Shown here in pieces: positions 1 through 9,736 of a stretch of DNA of 64,000 nt (positions are counted from its first letter, which is position 1; the number at the start of each line of letters is the position of its first letter). The translations under genes were made by a program, and so were the position numbers. The DNA is taken from NCBI GenBank assembly GCA_048060725.1, contig JBGMQU010000002.1, forward strand, positions 1,033 through 65,032, written 5' to 3'. The stretch comes from Gemmatimonadota bacterium (GTDB lineage: Bacteria; Gemmatimonadota; Gemmatimonadetes; Palauibacterales; Palauibacteraceae). The notes beneath the pieces were generated by a model. It saw nothing but the letters and a program-made list of their open reading frames with translations, ran no database searches and had not been told where the DNA came from.

Positions 1-2159
1 GTTATGCCGCCGATGTCAGCCTGAACATCATGTCGCTCGGCGGGCTCGCGCTCGGCGTCGGGCTCCTCGTCGACAACTCGATCGTCGTACTCGAGAACAT
101 CTTTCGCCACCGCGAAACCGAAAAAGACACCCTGGTGGCCGCTTCGCTCGGCGCGCGTGAAGTCGCCGCAGCGATCACCGCGTCCACGCTGACGACGATC
201 GCCGTCTTTGGGCCCGTGCTCTACGTGGAGGGCGTGGCGGGCGCCCTGTTCTTCGATCTCTCGCTCGCCGTGACGTTCTCTCTGGCCGCGTCCCTGCTCG
301 TCGCCTTGACCCTGCTACCCGTCCTCGCGGCCCGTGTTGGCCGGACCACGACAGTCGTCGAATCGACCGAGACGGCCGGCACCGATCGGGCGGTCCCCGA
401 TGAGGCGGCCGCCGAGCATGCGGGCGGACGCTTCATCCGCGTCGCGCGTGCAGTGCCACGGTTGGGTGCCGCGACCGTGACCGGTTCGTTCCGTGGAGTC
501 GGATATGTCGGAAGGTCGGTTGGTCTGACGTTTCGGGATGTGTTTCTCGTCCTCGGCCGCGGGCTCTCCGTCGTTTTCCGGCCGTTCCTCTCTGCCTTCG
601 AGCGCGGGTTCGACCGCTTTGCCCAGGCCTACGAGCGCGCGCTCGAGTGGGCTCTGGTCCATCGCTTCACGGTCCTCCTGATCGCCGCGCTCGCGCTCGT
701 CAGCGCGGTGCTGCTTGCGGGAACGCTGCCGAGAGGGCTGATGCCGGCGGTCGACGAACGGCAGTTTCGCGTAGAGATCGAACTCCCGGTCGGCACCCCG
801 ATCGAAGCGACGAGCGACGCGGCGGCGCGGCTCGAGCGCACGCTTCTCGACCTCGAAGGGGTTACGGGGGTCTTCGCGAGGGTGGGACGTGCGCGCGGCA
901 CAGAGCTGGTCGCGCGGGAACTGACGGGGCTCAACAGTGCCGCGCTCGACGTACAGCTCGACGAGAGTGGGCGGTCCACGGACGCCGTTGTGGCGGACTT
1001 TCGTGACCGCCTCGCGACCTCCGGCGTCGACCCCGCCTACGTAGCGGTCGAGACGGGTCGGGCGACATCGCTCGGTCGCGCGCTGGCCCTCGGCGACGCC
1101 GACCTGGCGGTGAAGGTGCAGGGGGGCGAGATCGAGGATCTCGTCCCGGTCGCCGAGGCCGTGGCGGAGCGCCTCCGTCAGATCCCGACCCTGGCCGACG
1201 TCAGGTTGGACTTTCAGCGTACGCAGCCCGAGCTGCTGATCGAGATCGATCGTGAGGTCGCCGCCCGGCACGAGCTGACGGTCACGGAAGTGGCCCGGGC
1301 GATCGAGTCCTATCTGCGCGGTGCGGAGACGGACAACGCGTTTGCCGACTTCGCCGACAAGGTGGACATCCGCGTGACGATTCCGGAGGACCAGCGGCAG
1401 GCGCTGGCCGACGTTCTGGCGCTCCGCCTCAAGGGCGTGCCGATCGGCGAGCTGGTCAAGACGACCACCGGGTTCGGCCCGGTGGAGATCCGACGCGAGG
1501 ACCAGAACCGGACGATTCAGGTTCTGGCCGATGTGACGAGTGGCGGGTTGGCCGCCACTGTCGAACTCGTCGAGCCCCTGGTCGCCGCCGTCCCGAGACC
1601 GGCGCTCACGACGCTTCGTGTCGGCGGCGAGAACGAGGAGATGCGGGAGAGCTTCCGGTCGCTGATCTTCGCGTTCGGTCTCGCGCTCGCTCTGGTCTAT
1701 CTGATCATGGCGGCGCAGTTCGAGTCGCTCGTGCAGCCGCTCGTCGTCCTGACCGCCGTTCCGCTGGCAGCCTTCGGCGCCGTGTTTGCTCTCTGGGGCA
1801 CGGGCGGGGGCCTCAACGTGATGAGCGCCATCGGTCTGGTGATTCTGATCGGCATCGTGGTGAACGATGCCATCATCAAAGTCGATTTCATCAACCAGCG
1901 GCGGAAGGCGGGCCTGGGCAAGCGCGAAGCGATTCTCGAGGCGGGTCGTCTGCGGCTCCGCCCGATCATCATGACGACGATCACGACCGTGGTGGGGCTG
2001 CTGCCGCTGGCTCTGGGGATCGGTGCCGGGGCCGACCTGAGAGCACCGCTCGCAGTCGCGGTGATCGGCGGTCTCGTGTCGGCCACGTTCCTCACGCTGA
2101 TCGTCGTGCCCGTGGTGTATTCCGTGATGGTCGAGCCGACCGTATCGGTCGCCCCGTGA
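1..2159 (+). CDS. RND efflux transporter permease (AcrB/MdtB-like), 5'-partial; C-terminal ~715 aa present
   Basis: The reading frame is open from the window edge (frame 3). The translation shows RND large-periplasmic-loop and TM segments, e.g. GLALGVGLLVDNSIVVLENI and a C-terminal TM bundle (LVILIGIVVNDAII). The stop overlaps the next RND gene start (ATGA). Confidence 0.85.
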   Translation, partial: YAADVSLNIMSLGGLALGVGLLVDNSIVVLENIFRHRETEKDTLVAASLGAREVAAAITASTLTTIAVFGPVLYVEGVAGALFFDLSLAVTFSLAASLLVALTLLPVLAARVGRTTTVVESTETAGTDRAVPDEAAAEHAGGRFIRVARAVPRLGAATVTGSFRGVGYVGRSVGLTFRDVFLVLGRGLSVVFRPFLSAFERGFDRFAQAYERALEWALVHRFTVLLIAALALVSAVLLAGTLPRGLMPAVDERQFRVEIELPVGTPIEATSDAAARLERTLLDLEGVTGVFARVGRARGTELVARELTGLNSAALDVQLDESGRSTDAVVADFRDRLATSGVDPAYVAVETGRATSLGRALALGDADLAVKVQGGEIEDLVPVAEAVAERLRQIPTLADVRLDFQRTQPELLIEIDREVAARHELTVTEVARAIESYLRGAETDNAFADFADKVDIRVTIPEDQRQALADVLALRLKGVPIGELVKTTTGFGPVEIRREDQNRTIQVLADVTSGGLAATVELVEPLVAAVPRPALTTLRVGGENEEMRESFRSLIFAFGLALALVYLIMAAQFESLVQPLVVLTAVPLAAFGAVFALWGTGGGLNVMSAIGLVILIGIVVNDAIIKVDFINQRRKAGLGKREAILEAGRLRLRPIIMTTITTVVGLLPLALGIGAGADLRAPLAVAVIGGLVSATFLTLIVVPVVYSVMVEPTVSVAP

Positions 2160-5100
2160 TCGATCTCGCCATCAAGCGTCCCGTCGCCACGGCCGCGATC
2201 TACTTTGCGCTGTTTGCCCTCGGCGCATACAGCTTTCGCCTCATCCCCGTGGAGGATGTGCCGGATGTAGAGTTTCCGCGACTGACGGTCGACGCCACAT
2301 GGAACGGGGCGTCTCCGGAGGCCATGGAGGCATTCGTGACGGCCCCGCTCGAATCGGTGATTCAGCAGGTCTCGGGCGTCGAGAAAATCGTGTCCACGTC
2401 GTCGGCCGATCGTCGTGGAGCGGGGTCGACGGCGCGGATCGAAGTCGACTTCGAACGCGATACTCGGATGGAGTTCGCCCGTCTCGAGTTGAGCGAACGC
2501 ATTGGCTCGGTCCGCGAGGAACTTCCCACCGGAGTTCAACCGACGGTCTCACAGTACGTCCCTGAGGAGTTCGCGGAGGAGCAGCAGACGTTCGTGCAGT
2601 ACTCGCTGACCGGTCCCTATACGTTCGCGAGGTTGGGGCAGATCGCCGAGGAACAGATCCAGCCCACGATCGGTGGACTCTCAGGGGTGTCCGCGGTCCG
2701 GATCAACGGCGCGGAGCGTCGGGAAATCGCGGTCGAGCTGGACCGTGGAAAACTCGAGGCGCTCGGACTGCGTCCGGAGACCGTCGCGGCCCAGATCTCC
2801 GCGCTTTCGGAGCCTCGCGCACCGGGGTCTGTCGAACTGGATGGCCGTCAGTACGCCATTGCGGTTCGCACACGCGCGCTCGAGGTCGAGGACATCGAGG
2901 ACATGATCGTGCTCCCACGCGCGGAGGGACCGATCAGGGTGCGCGACCTGGGCCGGGTACGCGATCTGACCGAAGAGCCGCGACAACTGTGGCGCATCAA
3001 CGGTCGCCCGATGATCACGGTCGGCGTCCACAGGCAGACCGGAACCAACGCGATCGAGGTCGCGGCGTCTGTCCGTTCGCGCATGGACGAGCTGGCGACG
3101 GCCCTGCCCCCGGGGGCAGCGCTCGAGCTTGCCTACGACCAGAGCGAGAACATCGAAGAACAGATGACCGACCTCCGCCTCCGCGCGATCGCGGCGGCGA
3201 TCGTCATCTTCCTGGTTCTCATGCTCTTCCTGCGCTCGCTGGGCGCCGTGTTGATCGTGTTCGCGACGATCGGGTTCAGCGTCCTCATCGCCGTGAACCT
3301 CCTGTACATGGGAGGATTCTCGCTGAACTTGCTGACGCTTGCCGGTCTCGCGTGGGGATTCGGGCTGGTCGTGGACAACGGGATCGTCGTCCTCGAGAAC
3401 GTCGAACGACACCGCCGGGGAGGGAAGGAGCCGAGCCAGGCGGCGAGCGACGGCGCGAAGCAAGTGATGCTCCCGGTTCTCGCCGCCACGCTCACGACCG
3501 CAGTCGTACTCGTTCCGTTTGTCTTTCTGCAGGGGGAACTCCGCGTCTACTACCTGCCGCTGTCCTTCGCGGTCGGGTTTTCGATCCTCGCGAGCCTGTT
3601 CGTGGCCTTCACCTTCGTGCCGGCACTCGCCGCCCGGTTCGCGGGAAGCGGGGGGACGATTGTCGAGGATCAGAGCGCGACCACTTCGGCCCGAGAGCCC
3701 TTCTACATTCGCGGGTACCGTGCGCTGTTGTCCGGAGCGCTCAGGCACCCGTTCGTCGTGCTGATGGTGTGCGGGGGCGCGTTGTGGGGGAGCTATCACC
3801 TTTTCGATCAGTACGTTTCGCGAGGGGGGTACTGGGGCGGGTTCGGCGGCGACGACACCGTGATTCGGATCTACATCGAGTTTCCGCGCGGCGCCGGGAT
3901 GGACCGGACCGACGAGCTGACCCGGTCATTCGAAGAGCGGCTGTCCTCGATGCCGGAGGTCCGGCGTTACGAGTCGATCGTCCTCGCGAACTACGCGCGG
4001 ATCGACGTCTACTTTCCGGAGGAGATGGAACTCACCAACGTGCCCGTCGCGATCAAGGACCAGATGGTCGCGTACAGCTACGGGTTCTCCGGTGTGGACG
4101 TGAGGGTGTACGGGTACGGGCCGAGTTTCTACGGCGGTGGATCCAGTCCGCCCAACTATCGGCTCAAGGTCCTGGGGTTCAACTATCTGGCCGTTCAGGA
4201 CATCGCCGAAGAATTGGCCCGGCGCCTGGAGCGATTCAGCCGCATTCGCGACGTCGACCCGAACGCGAGCCGCGGTTTCTTTCAGCAGGACAAGGAATTC
4301 GAATACTTCGTCGAGCCACGACGCGAAGAGCTGGCCGGATACGACATTTCGGTGCAGGAACTGCTCGGCTTCGTGGCCGCGAACATCCGCGGGGCGCCGC
4401 AGACGAGCCGGATCCGCGTCGGAGGGGAGGAAGTCCAGTACGCCGTGAAGGTCGACGGCTATCGCGACTTCGACTTTTACGACCTGTCCGATCTTCGCGT
4501 GCCCATTTCGGCCGACGAAGAGGTGCGACTGGAGCGAGTCGCAGAGGTCGGCCGGCGGGAAGTGCTCGCGAATATCCGGCGGGAAGACCAACAATACGAG
4601 CGAACGGTGGCGTGGGAGTTCCGGGGCCCCAGAAAGCTCGGCGACCTGGTGCGAGACGCTGTGGTGGATGCGATGGAACTGCCCGCGGGATACAAGATCG
4701 ATCTGGATGATCGGGGTCGCTGGACGAAGGAGGAGACGCTCCAGATGTGGCTGGTTCTGGGGTTCTCTATCCTGCTCATCTACATGGTCACCGCGGGCCT
4801 CTTCGAATCCTTGATGGCGCCGCTCGTAGTTCTCTTTACGCTTCCGTTGGCGTTGATCGGCGTGTTCCTGATCTTTTTCTACACCGACGCCACCTTTACG
4901 CGAACGGCCTTCATCGGGACGATCATGATGGGCGGGATCGTGGTGAACAATGCGATCCTTGTGGTCTATCACATCGGGGAACTGCGCGAGCAGTTGCCGA
5001 CCTCGGAGGCGATCCTGCAGGGCACGCTCGAACGTGTCCGCCCGATTCTGATGACGACGCTGACGACCGTTTTCGGGCTTCTGCCGCTCGTCCTGTTCGC

Positions 5101-5230
5101 ACCGTCGCAAGATCAAAACATCTGGAACGCGTTGGCACTGGCCACGATAGGCGGATTGATCTCGAGTACATTATTCGTGCTGGTGGCGATCCCCGTCGCG
5201 TATCGCTACCTGGTGGCGCGGGCCGCGTGA
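2156..5230 (+). CDS. RND efflux transporter permease (AcrB/AcrD/MdtC family), full length 1024 aa
   Basis: Twelve-TM RND architecture with two large periplasmic loops. Conserved motifs include GLVVDNGIVVLENVERH and a C-terminal MGGIVVNNAILVV. Its start overlaps the stop of the upstream RND gene by 4 nt. Confidence 0.9.
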   Translation: MIDLAIKRPVATAAIYFALFALGAYSFRLIPVEDVPDVEFPRLTVDATWNGASPEAMEAFVTAPLESVIQQVSGVEKIVSTSSADRRGAGSTARIEVDFERDTRMEFARLELSERIGSVREELPTGVQPTVSQYVPEEFAEEQQTFVQYSLTGPYTFARLGQIAEEQIQPTIGGLSGVSAVRINGAERREIAVELDRGKLEALGLRPETVAAQISALSEPRAPGSVELDGRQYAIAVRTRALEVEDIEDMIVLPRAEGPIRVRDLGRVRDLTEEPRQLWRINGRPMITVGVHRQTGTNAIEVAASVRSRMDELATALPPGAALELAYDQSENIEEQMTDLRLRAIAAAIVIFLVLMLFLRSLGAVLIVFATIGFSVLIAVNLLYMGGFSLNLLTLAGLAWGFGLVVDNGIVVLENVERHRRGGKEPSQAASDGAKQVMLPVLAATLTTAVVLVPFVFLQGELRVYYLPLSFAVGFSILASLFVAFTFVPALAARFAGSGGTIVEDQSATTSAREPFYIRGYRALLSGALRHPFVVLMVCGGALWGSYHLFDQYVSRGGYWGGFGGDDTVIRIYIEFPRGAGMDRTDELTRSFEERLSSMPEVRRYESIVLANYARIDVYFPEEMELTNVPVAIKDQMVAYSYGFSGVDVRVYGYGPSFYGGGSSPPNYRLKVLGFNYLAVQDIAEELARRLERFSRIRDVDPNASRGFFQQDKEFEYFVEPRREELAGYDISVQELLGFVAANIRGAPQTSRIRVGGEEVQYAVKVDGYRDFDFYDLSDLRVPISADEEVRLERVAEVGRREVLANIRREDQQYERTVAWEFRGPRKLGDLVRDAVVDAMELPAGYKIDLDDRGRWTKEETLQMWLVLGFSILLIYMVTAGLFESLMAPLVVLFTLPLALIGVFLIFFYTDATFTRTAFIGTIMMGGIVVNNAILVVYHIGELREQLPTSEAILQGTLERVRPILMTTLTTVFGLLPLVLFAPSQDQNIWNALALATIGGLISSTLFVLVAIPVAYRYLVARAA

Positions 5231-5306
5231 AGCTTCTTCCATTTGGACGGAGCGGCCGGCGGGGATATCCTGACGGACGTTCCCTATCTCCGCCCATGGA
5301 GGCTTC

Positions 5307-6113
5307 ATGACACGTTGGTTGCGCGCAGTCGGGATGTTGGCGCTGGTGTTCTCGTTCGCCGCCTGCTCAGACGATTCTGACCCGGCCGCAGACGATGGAG
5401 ACGCGCAAAGCGTCGCGGAAGCGCCGCCCGCCGAGGCCGAGCCGGCCGGGGATCCCCCGGACGCGCCAGCCGTTGACGATTCAGAGCCCGCTGGAGGAGC
5501 CGTGAACCCCTTGATGAACCCCGCCGACCCGGCGATGAACGAGATGGCGCCCGCAAGCTTCAGGGTGCGCCTAACGACAACGAAGGGCGAGGTGGTGCTC
5601 GAACTCCACCGTGCGTGGGCGCCTAACGGCGTGGACCGGGTGTACAACCTCGTGCGAGCCGGATTCTACGACGGTGTACGCTTCTTCCGCGTTCTGGACG
5701 GTTTCATGGCTCAATTCGGAATCAACGGCGACCCCGCGATTCAGGGACGGTGGAGGAACGCGCACATCGTCGATGATCCGGTCGTCGAGGGGAACGCTCC
5801 AGGACGGCTCACCTTTGCCAAGAGCAATGCACCGAACTCGCGAAGCACTCAGCTCTTCATCAACTACCGCAACAACTCCAACCTCGATGCCATGGGCTTC
5901 GCGGCGATCGGCGAGGTCGTCGAGGGGATGGACGTCGTCGAGAACCTGTACTCGGGCTATGGCGAGGGCGGGGCGGCCGGGAGCGGGGCCACGGGCCCGG
6001 ATCAGGCGGCGATCCAGCGCCGCGGCAACGAGTACCTCGCGGCCGACTTCCCCGAACTCGATTACATCGAGAAGGCCGAGATCGTCGACGACAAGGGCGA
6101 AGTCGTGAACTGA
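5307..6113 (+). CDS. Cyclophilin-type peptidyl-prolyl cis-trans isomerase, probable lipoprotein with an acidic/Pro-rich linker
   Basis: N-terminal signal peptide ending ...VFSFAAC (lipobox-like Cys), followed by an Asp/Pro/Ala-rich low-complexity segment. The cyclophilin core shows RVYNLVRAGFYDGVRFFRVLDGFMAQFG ... STQLFINY. Confidence 0.85.
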   Translation: MTRWLRAVGMLALVFSFAACSDDSDPAADDGDAQSVAEAPPAEAEPAGDPPDAPAVDDSEPAGGAVNPLMNPADPAMNEMAPASFRVRLTTTKGEVVLELHRAWAPNGVDRVYNLVRAGFYDGVRFFRVLDGFMAQFGINGDPAIQGRWRNAHIVDDPVVEGNAPGRLTFAKSNAPNSRSTQLFINYRNNSNLDAMGFAAIGEVVEGMDVVENLYSGYGEGGAAGSGATGPDQAAIQRRGNEYLAADFPELDYIEKAEIVDDKGEVVN

Positions 6114-6197
6114 TTCCGTCGTGATGTGAGATTCAGCACCCCGTGCCGTCCAGCGACGGGGTATGTTGCGCGCTCGCAACGATTTGGTCATTCGGCA

Positions 6198-6235
6198 GGG
6201 GGTCGCCCGCTCGGACGGGGCGACCTCTTTTTTTC
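6198..6235 (+). terminator. Rho-independent terminator downstream of the cyclophilin gene
   Basis: GC stem GGGGGTCGCCC / GGGGCGACC with an 8-nt loop, followed by TCTTTTTTT. Confidence 0.6.
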
Positions 6236-6416
6236 GCGCTCGGGCACCACGCGAAGCTCGGAAACGTTTATGCGGTAACGGTTCCCACGACCGTCCGTTT
6301 CAGCGCCAGAGTGCATCATTCGCTCAGGAACAGCTCTTCGGAACGCCCGCGGATCTGCGCGCGCTACTTGCAACTGACACTGGCGGGATCTGCCGTTACA
6401 CGACAAGTGACAGCGA

Positions 6417-7424
6417 ATGCGCGACGATCAGAGAGAGAACGCCCGAATCATGGTAGTCGATGACGAGCCGCAGAACGTGCGCTACGTCACCGACGTCCTC
6501 CAGTGGGCCGGGTACGAAACGGTCGAAGGTCTGACCGACCCGCTCGAGGCTGTCAACCGCTTCCAGGAGTTCGAGCCCGATCTCGTGATCCTCGATCTGT
6601 TGATGCCAGGGCTGGACGGCTTCGGCGTCATGGAGGCCATGCTGGAGAGTGTGGCCGACGACGTCTACTTGCCGTTTCTGATCCTCACGTCGGATATAAC
6701 GAGCGAGTCGCGGCGGCGGGCCCTGTCGAGCGGCGCCCGCGATTTTCTGACCAAGCCCATGAGCCCGACGGAAGTAAGACTGCGGGTCGATAACCTTCTC
6801 GAAACGCGTTTTCTGTACGTCGAGTGTGCCCGACAGGCCAACCTCCTGGACGTGGGCGAAGCGCCTGCTTCGGCGGCGGCTCGGCTGGAGGCGGACCCCA
6901 CGATCGAATTGGTCGAGCGTTGGGCTGCTTCCATCGATGCGGGGTTGCCGGGCGCAGAGGGGCGATCGAAACGCATCGCCTGGGTGAGCGGTCGCCTTGC
7001 CGAAGCGCTCGAACTTCCCGAGACGACGATCGACGAGATACGGGGCGCCGCACTCCTCCACGGGCTCGGGTCCCGACCGAACGCTCGGTCCGGACCACAC
7101 GACCCGCGGCGCTCCGTTCACGCCGATCCCGATGCCGGGCTGCGTCTGCTCGAAGGTTCGCACCTGCCGGTTCTGGAAGCAGCGAGGCGGATGCTTGCAT
7201 CCGTGGACGAGCACTGGGACGGGAGCGGTCGTAGCGGTCTCAGGGGCGAAGCGATTCCGATCGAGGGCCGCATCGTCGCCGTGGCGCTCGCGTTCGATGA
7301 CGCGGTGCACACCGGTGTGGATCCGTCAAACGGTTCCGCTGCGGATGTGGAGGCGCTCTCCGGGAAGCGGTTCGACCCGGCGGTGGTCGCGGCGTTGGGC
7401 CACGCGCAGGCAGTGAGCGCGTGA
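6417..7424 (+). CDS. Response regulator: CheY-like receiver domain + degenerate HD-GYP-like output domain
   Basis: REC motifs are present: MVVDDEPQN, DLVILDLLMPGLDG, and a Lys in TKPM. The C-terminus aligns with HD-GYP, but the HD is replaced (LHGLGS), the HHE-DGSGYP stretch is replaced by HWDGSGRS, and the first metal-ligand His position reads SKRIAW. The real start may be the internal ATG at 6450, which is preceded by GAGAGAGAA. Confidence 0.75.
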   Translation: MRDDQRENARIMVVDDEPQNVRYVTDVLQWAGYETVEGLTDPLEAVNRFQEFEPDLVILDLLMPGLDGFGVMEAMLESVADDVYLPFLILTSDITSESRRRALSSGARDFLTKPMSPTEVRLRVDNLLETRFLYVECARQANLLDVGEAPASAAARLEADPTIELVERWAASIDAGLPGAEGRSKRIAWVSGRLAEALELPETTIDEIRGAALLHGLGSRPNARSGPHDPRRSVHADPDAGLRLLEGSHLPVLEAARRMLASVDEHWDGSGRSGLRGEAIPIEGRIVAVALAFDDAVHTGVDPSNGSAADVEALSGKRFDPAVVAALGHAQAVSA

Positions 7425-7455
7425 TCGGCCTGGTGGAGTAGGGAGGAACGCGGCC

Positions 7456-9000
7456 ATGCCCTGGCCCATGCTGAAGCTGAGTCTACGCTCTCGGCTGTAT
7501 CTGGTCTGCGCGATCCTCATCCTGATCCTGCTCGGCCCCGCCTACTACACCCTGCGTCAGCTGGTCACCCTGCGTGACATCGCGTTCGACCTTCGGGCGG
7601 AGCACGCCGTCGCGCTCCAGCAGGTGGGCAACTTTGGAACGGAGCTTTCGGCCCTGAATCTCTCGCTGACCGAGTACGTCGCGAGCGGAGACCCCGAAGC
7701 CCGTGGGGAGGCGATGAACGCCATGGACGTCGCGCGCCTGTACGCCGTCCAGCTCTCGTCCGGTGCCTACGCCGACGTCGCCTCAGAGGCTCGGGCCCGC
7801 TTCGACTCCGTGTCCCGCCAGATCGCGACGATCGACAGTCTGGTGGCAGTTTCCAGCCGTCAGAAGGCGCAGGCGGCGTTCACCGAGACGCGCTTCATGT
7901 TCACGCGGATCCATCGCTCACTGGCCTCTCTGGCCGACGAGATCGACACGCGCAGCAACGCCGCCGCGTTGCGCGCCGAGACGATCAGCCAACGAACGGC
8001 GCGCACGACCGCGGCGGCGACAGGTCTTGCCGCGGGTTTGGCTGTCCTGGTGGCTCTCCTGTCCGTTGGAGCAGTGACGGCCCCGCTATCACGGTTGAGG
8101 AGTGCCATGGCGGCGGTTGCCGGTGGGCGCTTTACGCCGCCCCGCGACCTGCCGTACGCGCGTACCGACGAAATCGGCGACCTCACTCGATCCTTCCGAT
8201 CGATGGCGGAGCGACTCGCCGAACTCGACCGACTCAAGGCGGAATTCGTGAGCATCGCGAGTCACGAGTTGAAGACACCGATCAATGTCGTGCGGGGGTA
8301 CGTGGAGATGCTCGAGGACGAGTCGTACGGGTCTATCGAGCCACGCCAGCGCGAAGTCCTCGGACGAATCCGCGAGCAGACGGAAGTTCTTCGCGAGCGG
8401 GTCGACCAGCTGCTGGCCCTGAGCAAGCTCGAGGCGCAGGGGCTCGAAGTGCAGCCCGAACCGGTGACGGTCTCGGAACTGTTCGAAGACCTTCGTCGGA
8501 ACTTCGCCGGTGTCGCGGCGCAAAAGCGCATCGTCTTCGGCGTGACGACCGAGCCGACGACGCCCAGCGCGGTGATGCTCGATCCGCGTCGTGTACGTGA
8601 CGAACTGCTCGGAAACCTGCTCGGAAACGCGTTCAAGTTCACGCCGCGCGGCGGCAACATCGACGTGCGGGCGCGTGGGGAGAGGGGTTGGCTCGTGATC
8701 GAGATTCGCGATAGCGGAGACGGGATCCCGCCGGCGGAGCTTCCGTACGTCTTCGAGAAGTACTACCAGGCCGGGCACCACGCCGGGAAGGTGGGCGCGG
8801 GACTCGGGCTGGCCATCGCCCGTGAAATCGTGGAGGCGCACGGCGGCATGATCAGCGTCGAAAGCGAGCGAGGAGTCGGGTCGACCTTCCGGGTGGAGTT
8901 GCCGGCCGGCGGCCATGATTCGAACACGATCAACGCGGTGTCACGGTTCCGTCCCGATCGCGACAACGAGGCGGAAGCGACCGTCGGACGTCGAGCTTGA
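7456..9000 (+). CDS. Sensor histidine kinase (2 TM, periplasmic helical sensor, HAMP, HisKA, HATPase_c)
   Basis: Hydrophobic TM1 (LYLVCAILILILL) and TM2 (GLAAGLAVLVALLSVGAV). H-box FVSIASHELKTP; N-box LLGNLLGNAFKFT; G-boxes DSGDGIP and GAGLGLAIAREIV. It lies immediately downstream of the response regulator. Confidence 0.85.
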   Translation: MPWPMLKLSLRSRLYLVCAILILILLGPAYYTLRQLVTLRDIAFDLRAEHAVALQQVGNFGTELSALNLSLTEYVASGDPEARGEAMNAMDVARLYAVQLSSGAYADVASEARARFDSVSRQIATIDSLVAVSSRQKAQAAFTETRFMFTRIHRSLASLADEIDTRSNAAALRAETISQRTARTTAAATGLAAGLAVLVALLSVGAVTAPLSRLRSAMAAVAGGRFTPPRDLPYARTDEIGDLTRSFRSMAERLAELDRLKAEFVSIASHELKTPINVVRGYVEMLEDESYGSIEPRQREVLGRIREQTEVLRERVDQLLALSKLEAQGLEVQPEPVTVSELFEDLRRNFAGVAAQKRIVFGVTTEPTTPSAVMLDPRRVRDELLGNLLGNAFKFTPRGGNIDVRARGERGWLVIEIRDSGDGIPPAELPYVFEKYYQAGHHAGKVGAGLGLAIAREIVEAHGGMISVESERGVGSTFRVELPAGGHDSNTINAVSRFRPDRDNEAEATVGRRA

Positions 9001-9054
9001 GGGTCGGTCGACCGCATCGAATATCCGGATGGATGACGACGGGGTAGCGCCCAC

Positions 9055-9094
9055 AAAAAAAGGGGGCGACCGGGTGGTCGCCCCCTTTCGTATT
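9055..9094. terminator. Bidirectional rho-independent terminator shared by convergent genes
   Basis: AAAAAAA - GGGGGCGACC gggt GGTCGCCCCC - TTTCGTATT. A T-tract follows the stem on the + strand and a U-tract follows it on the - strand. It sits between the kinase stop (9000) and the minus-strand OMP gene stop (9138). Confidence 0.65.
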
Positions 9095-9137
9095 CGGGTC
9101 CCGCCTGACGGCGGTCTCCGATACCCCTACAACAGCT

Positions 9138-9728
9138 TCAGCCCCCGAGTCCGACGAGGATGTAGGCGCCGACGCCCCACTTGCTCCCCTTCAGGTTGTC
9201 GCTCAGCAGGTCGTTGCTGAGGTTGAGAATCGACCAGTTCCCGGCGACGCCCAGGGTCGCTCGATCGCTCAGCGGGAAACCGACGCCCGCCACCGGACCG
9301 ATGATCAGACCCGTCGCTTTTTCGTCTTTGCCGATCGACGCGTACCCACCGCGCCCGCCCACCCAGAAAGCCGGGCCGCCGCCGGTGCCACCAAAACTGA
9401 CGGTCGGCTGGACCTCGATCGTGATGGCGTTGAGGTTGTCCTCGCCGGGCTGAGTGCAGCCGATACAAGGCAGGGAAACGTCGCCAGCGGTAGTGCCGTG
9501 GGTGCTCCAGCCGAAGATCCCGGCGAGCGAGAACGAGCTTCCGAGACGCGTGCCGAGCGCGCCCTGCGCCGCGAAGCCCGACCCGACACCTTCCCAGTCG
9601 TCGCCGGAGAAACCGGAGATGCCCCCGCTACCCGCAAGGAAGACCTGGGCCTGTGCGGCCGAAGGAACCGCCGCGATAAATGCCGCGGCGAAGATCGCCA
9701 TTAAAAGTTTCTGACTAATCGAACGCAT
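9138..9728 (-). CDS. Small Gly-rich outer-membrane beta-barrel protein (OmpW/OmpA-TM-like family), 196 aa
   Basis: The start was reassigned to the internal ATG at 9726-9728, which is preceded by a perfect AAGGAGG with an 8-nt spacer. The signal peptide MRSISQKLLMAIFAAAFIAAVPSAAQA is followed by alternating Gly/aromatic beta-strand-like segments. Confidence 0.5.
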   Translation of the reverse strand: MRSISQKLLMAIFAAAFIAAVPSAAQAQVFLAGSGGISGFSGDDWEGVGSGFAAQGALGTRLGSSFSLAGIFGWSTHGTTAGDVSLPCIGCTQPGEDNLNAITIEVQPTVSFGGTGGGPAFWVGGRGGYASIGKDEKATGLIIGPVAGVGFPLSDRATLGVAGNWSILNLSNDLLSDNLKGSKWGVGAYILVGLGG

Positions 9729-9736
9729 ATCTACTG

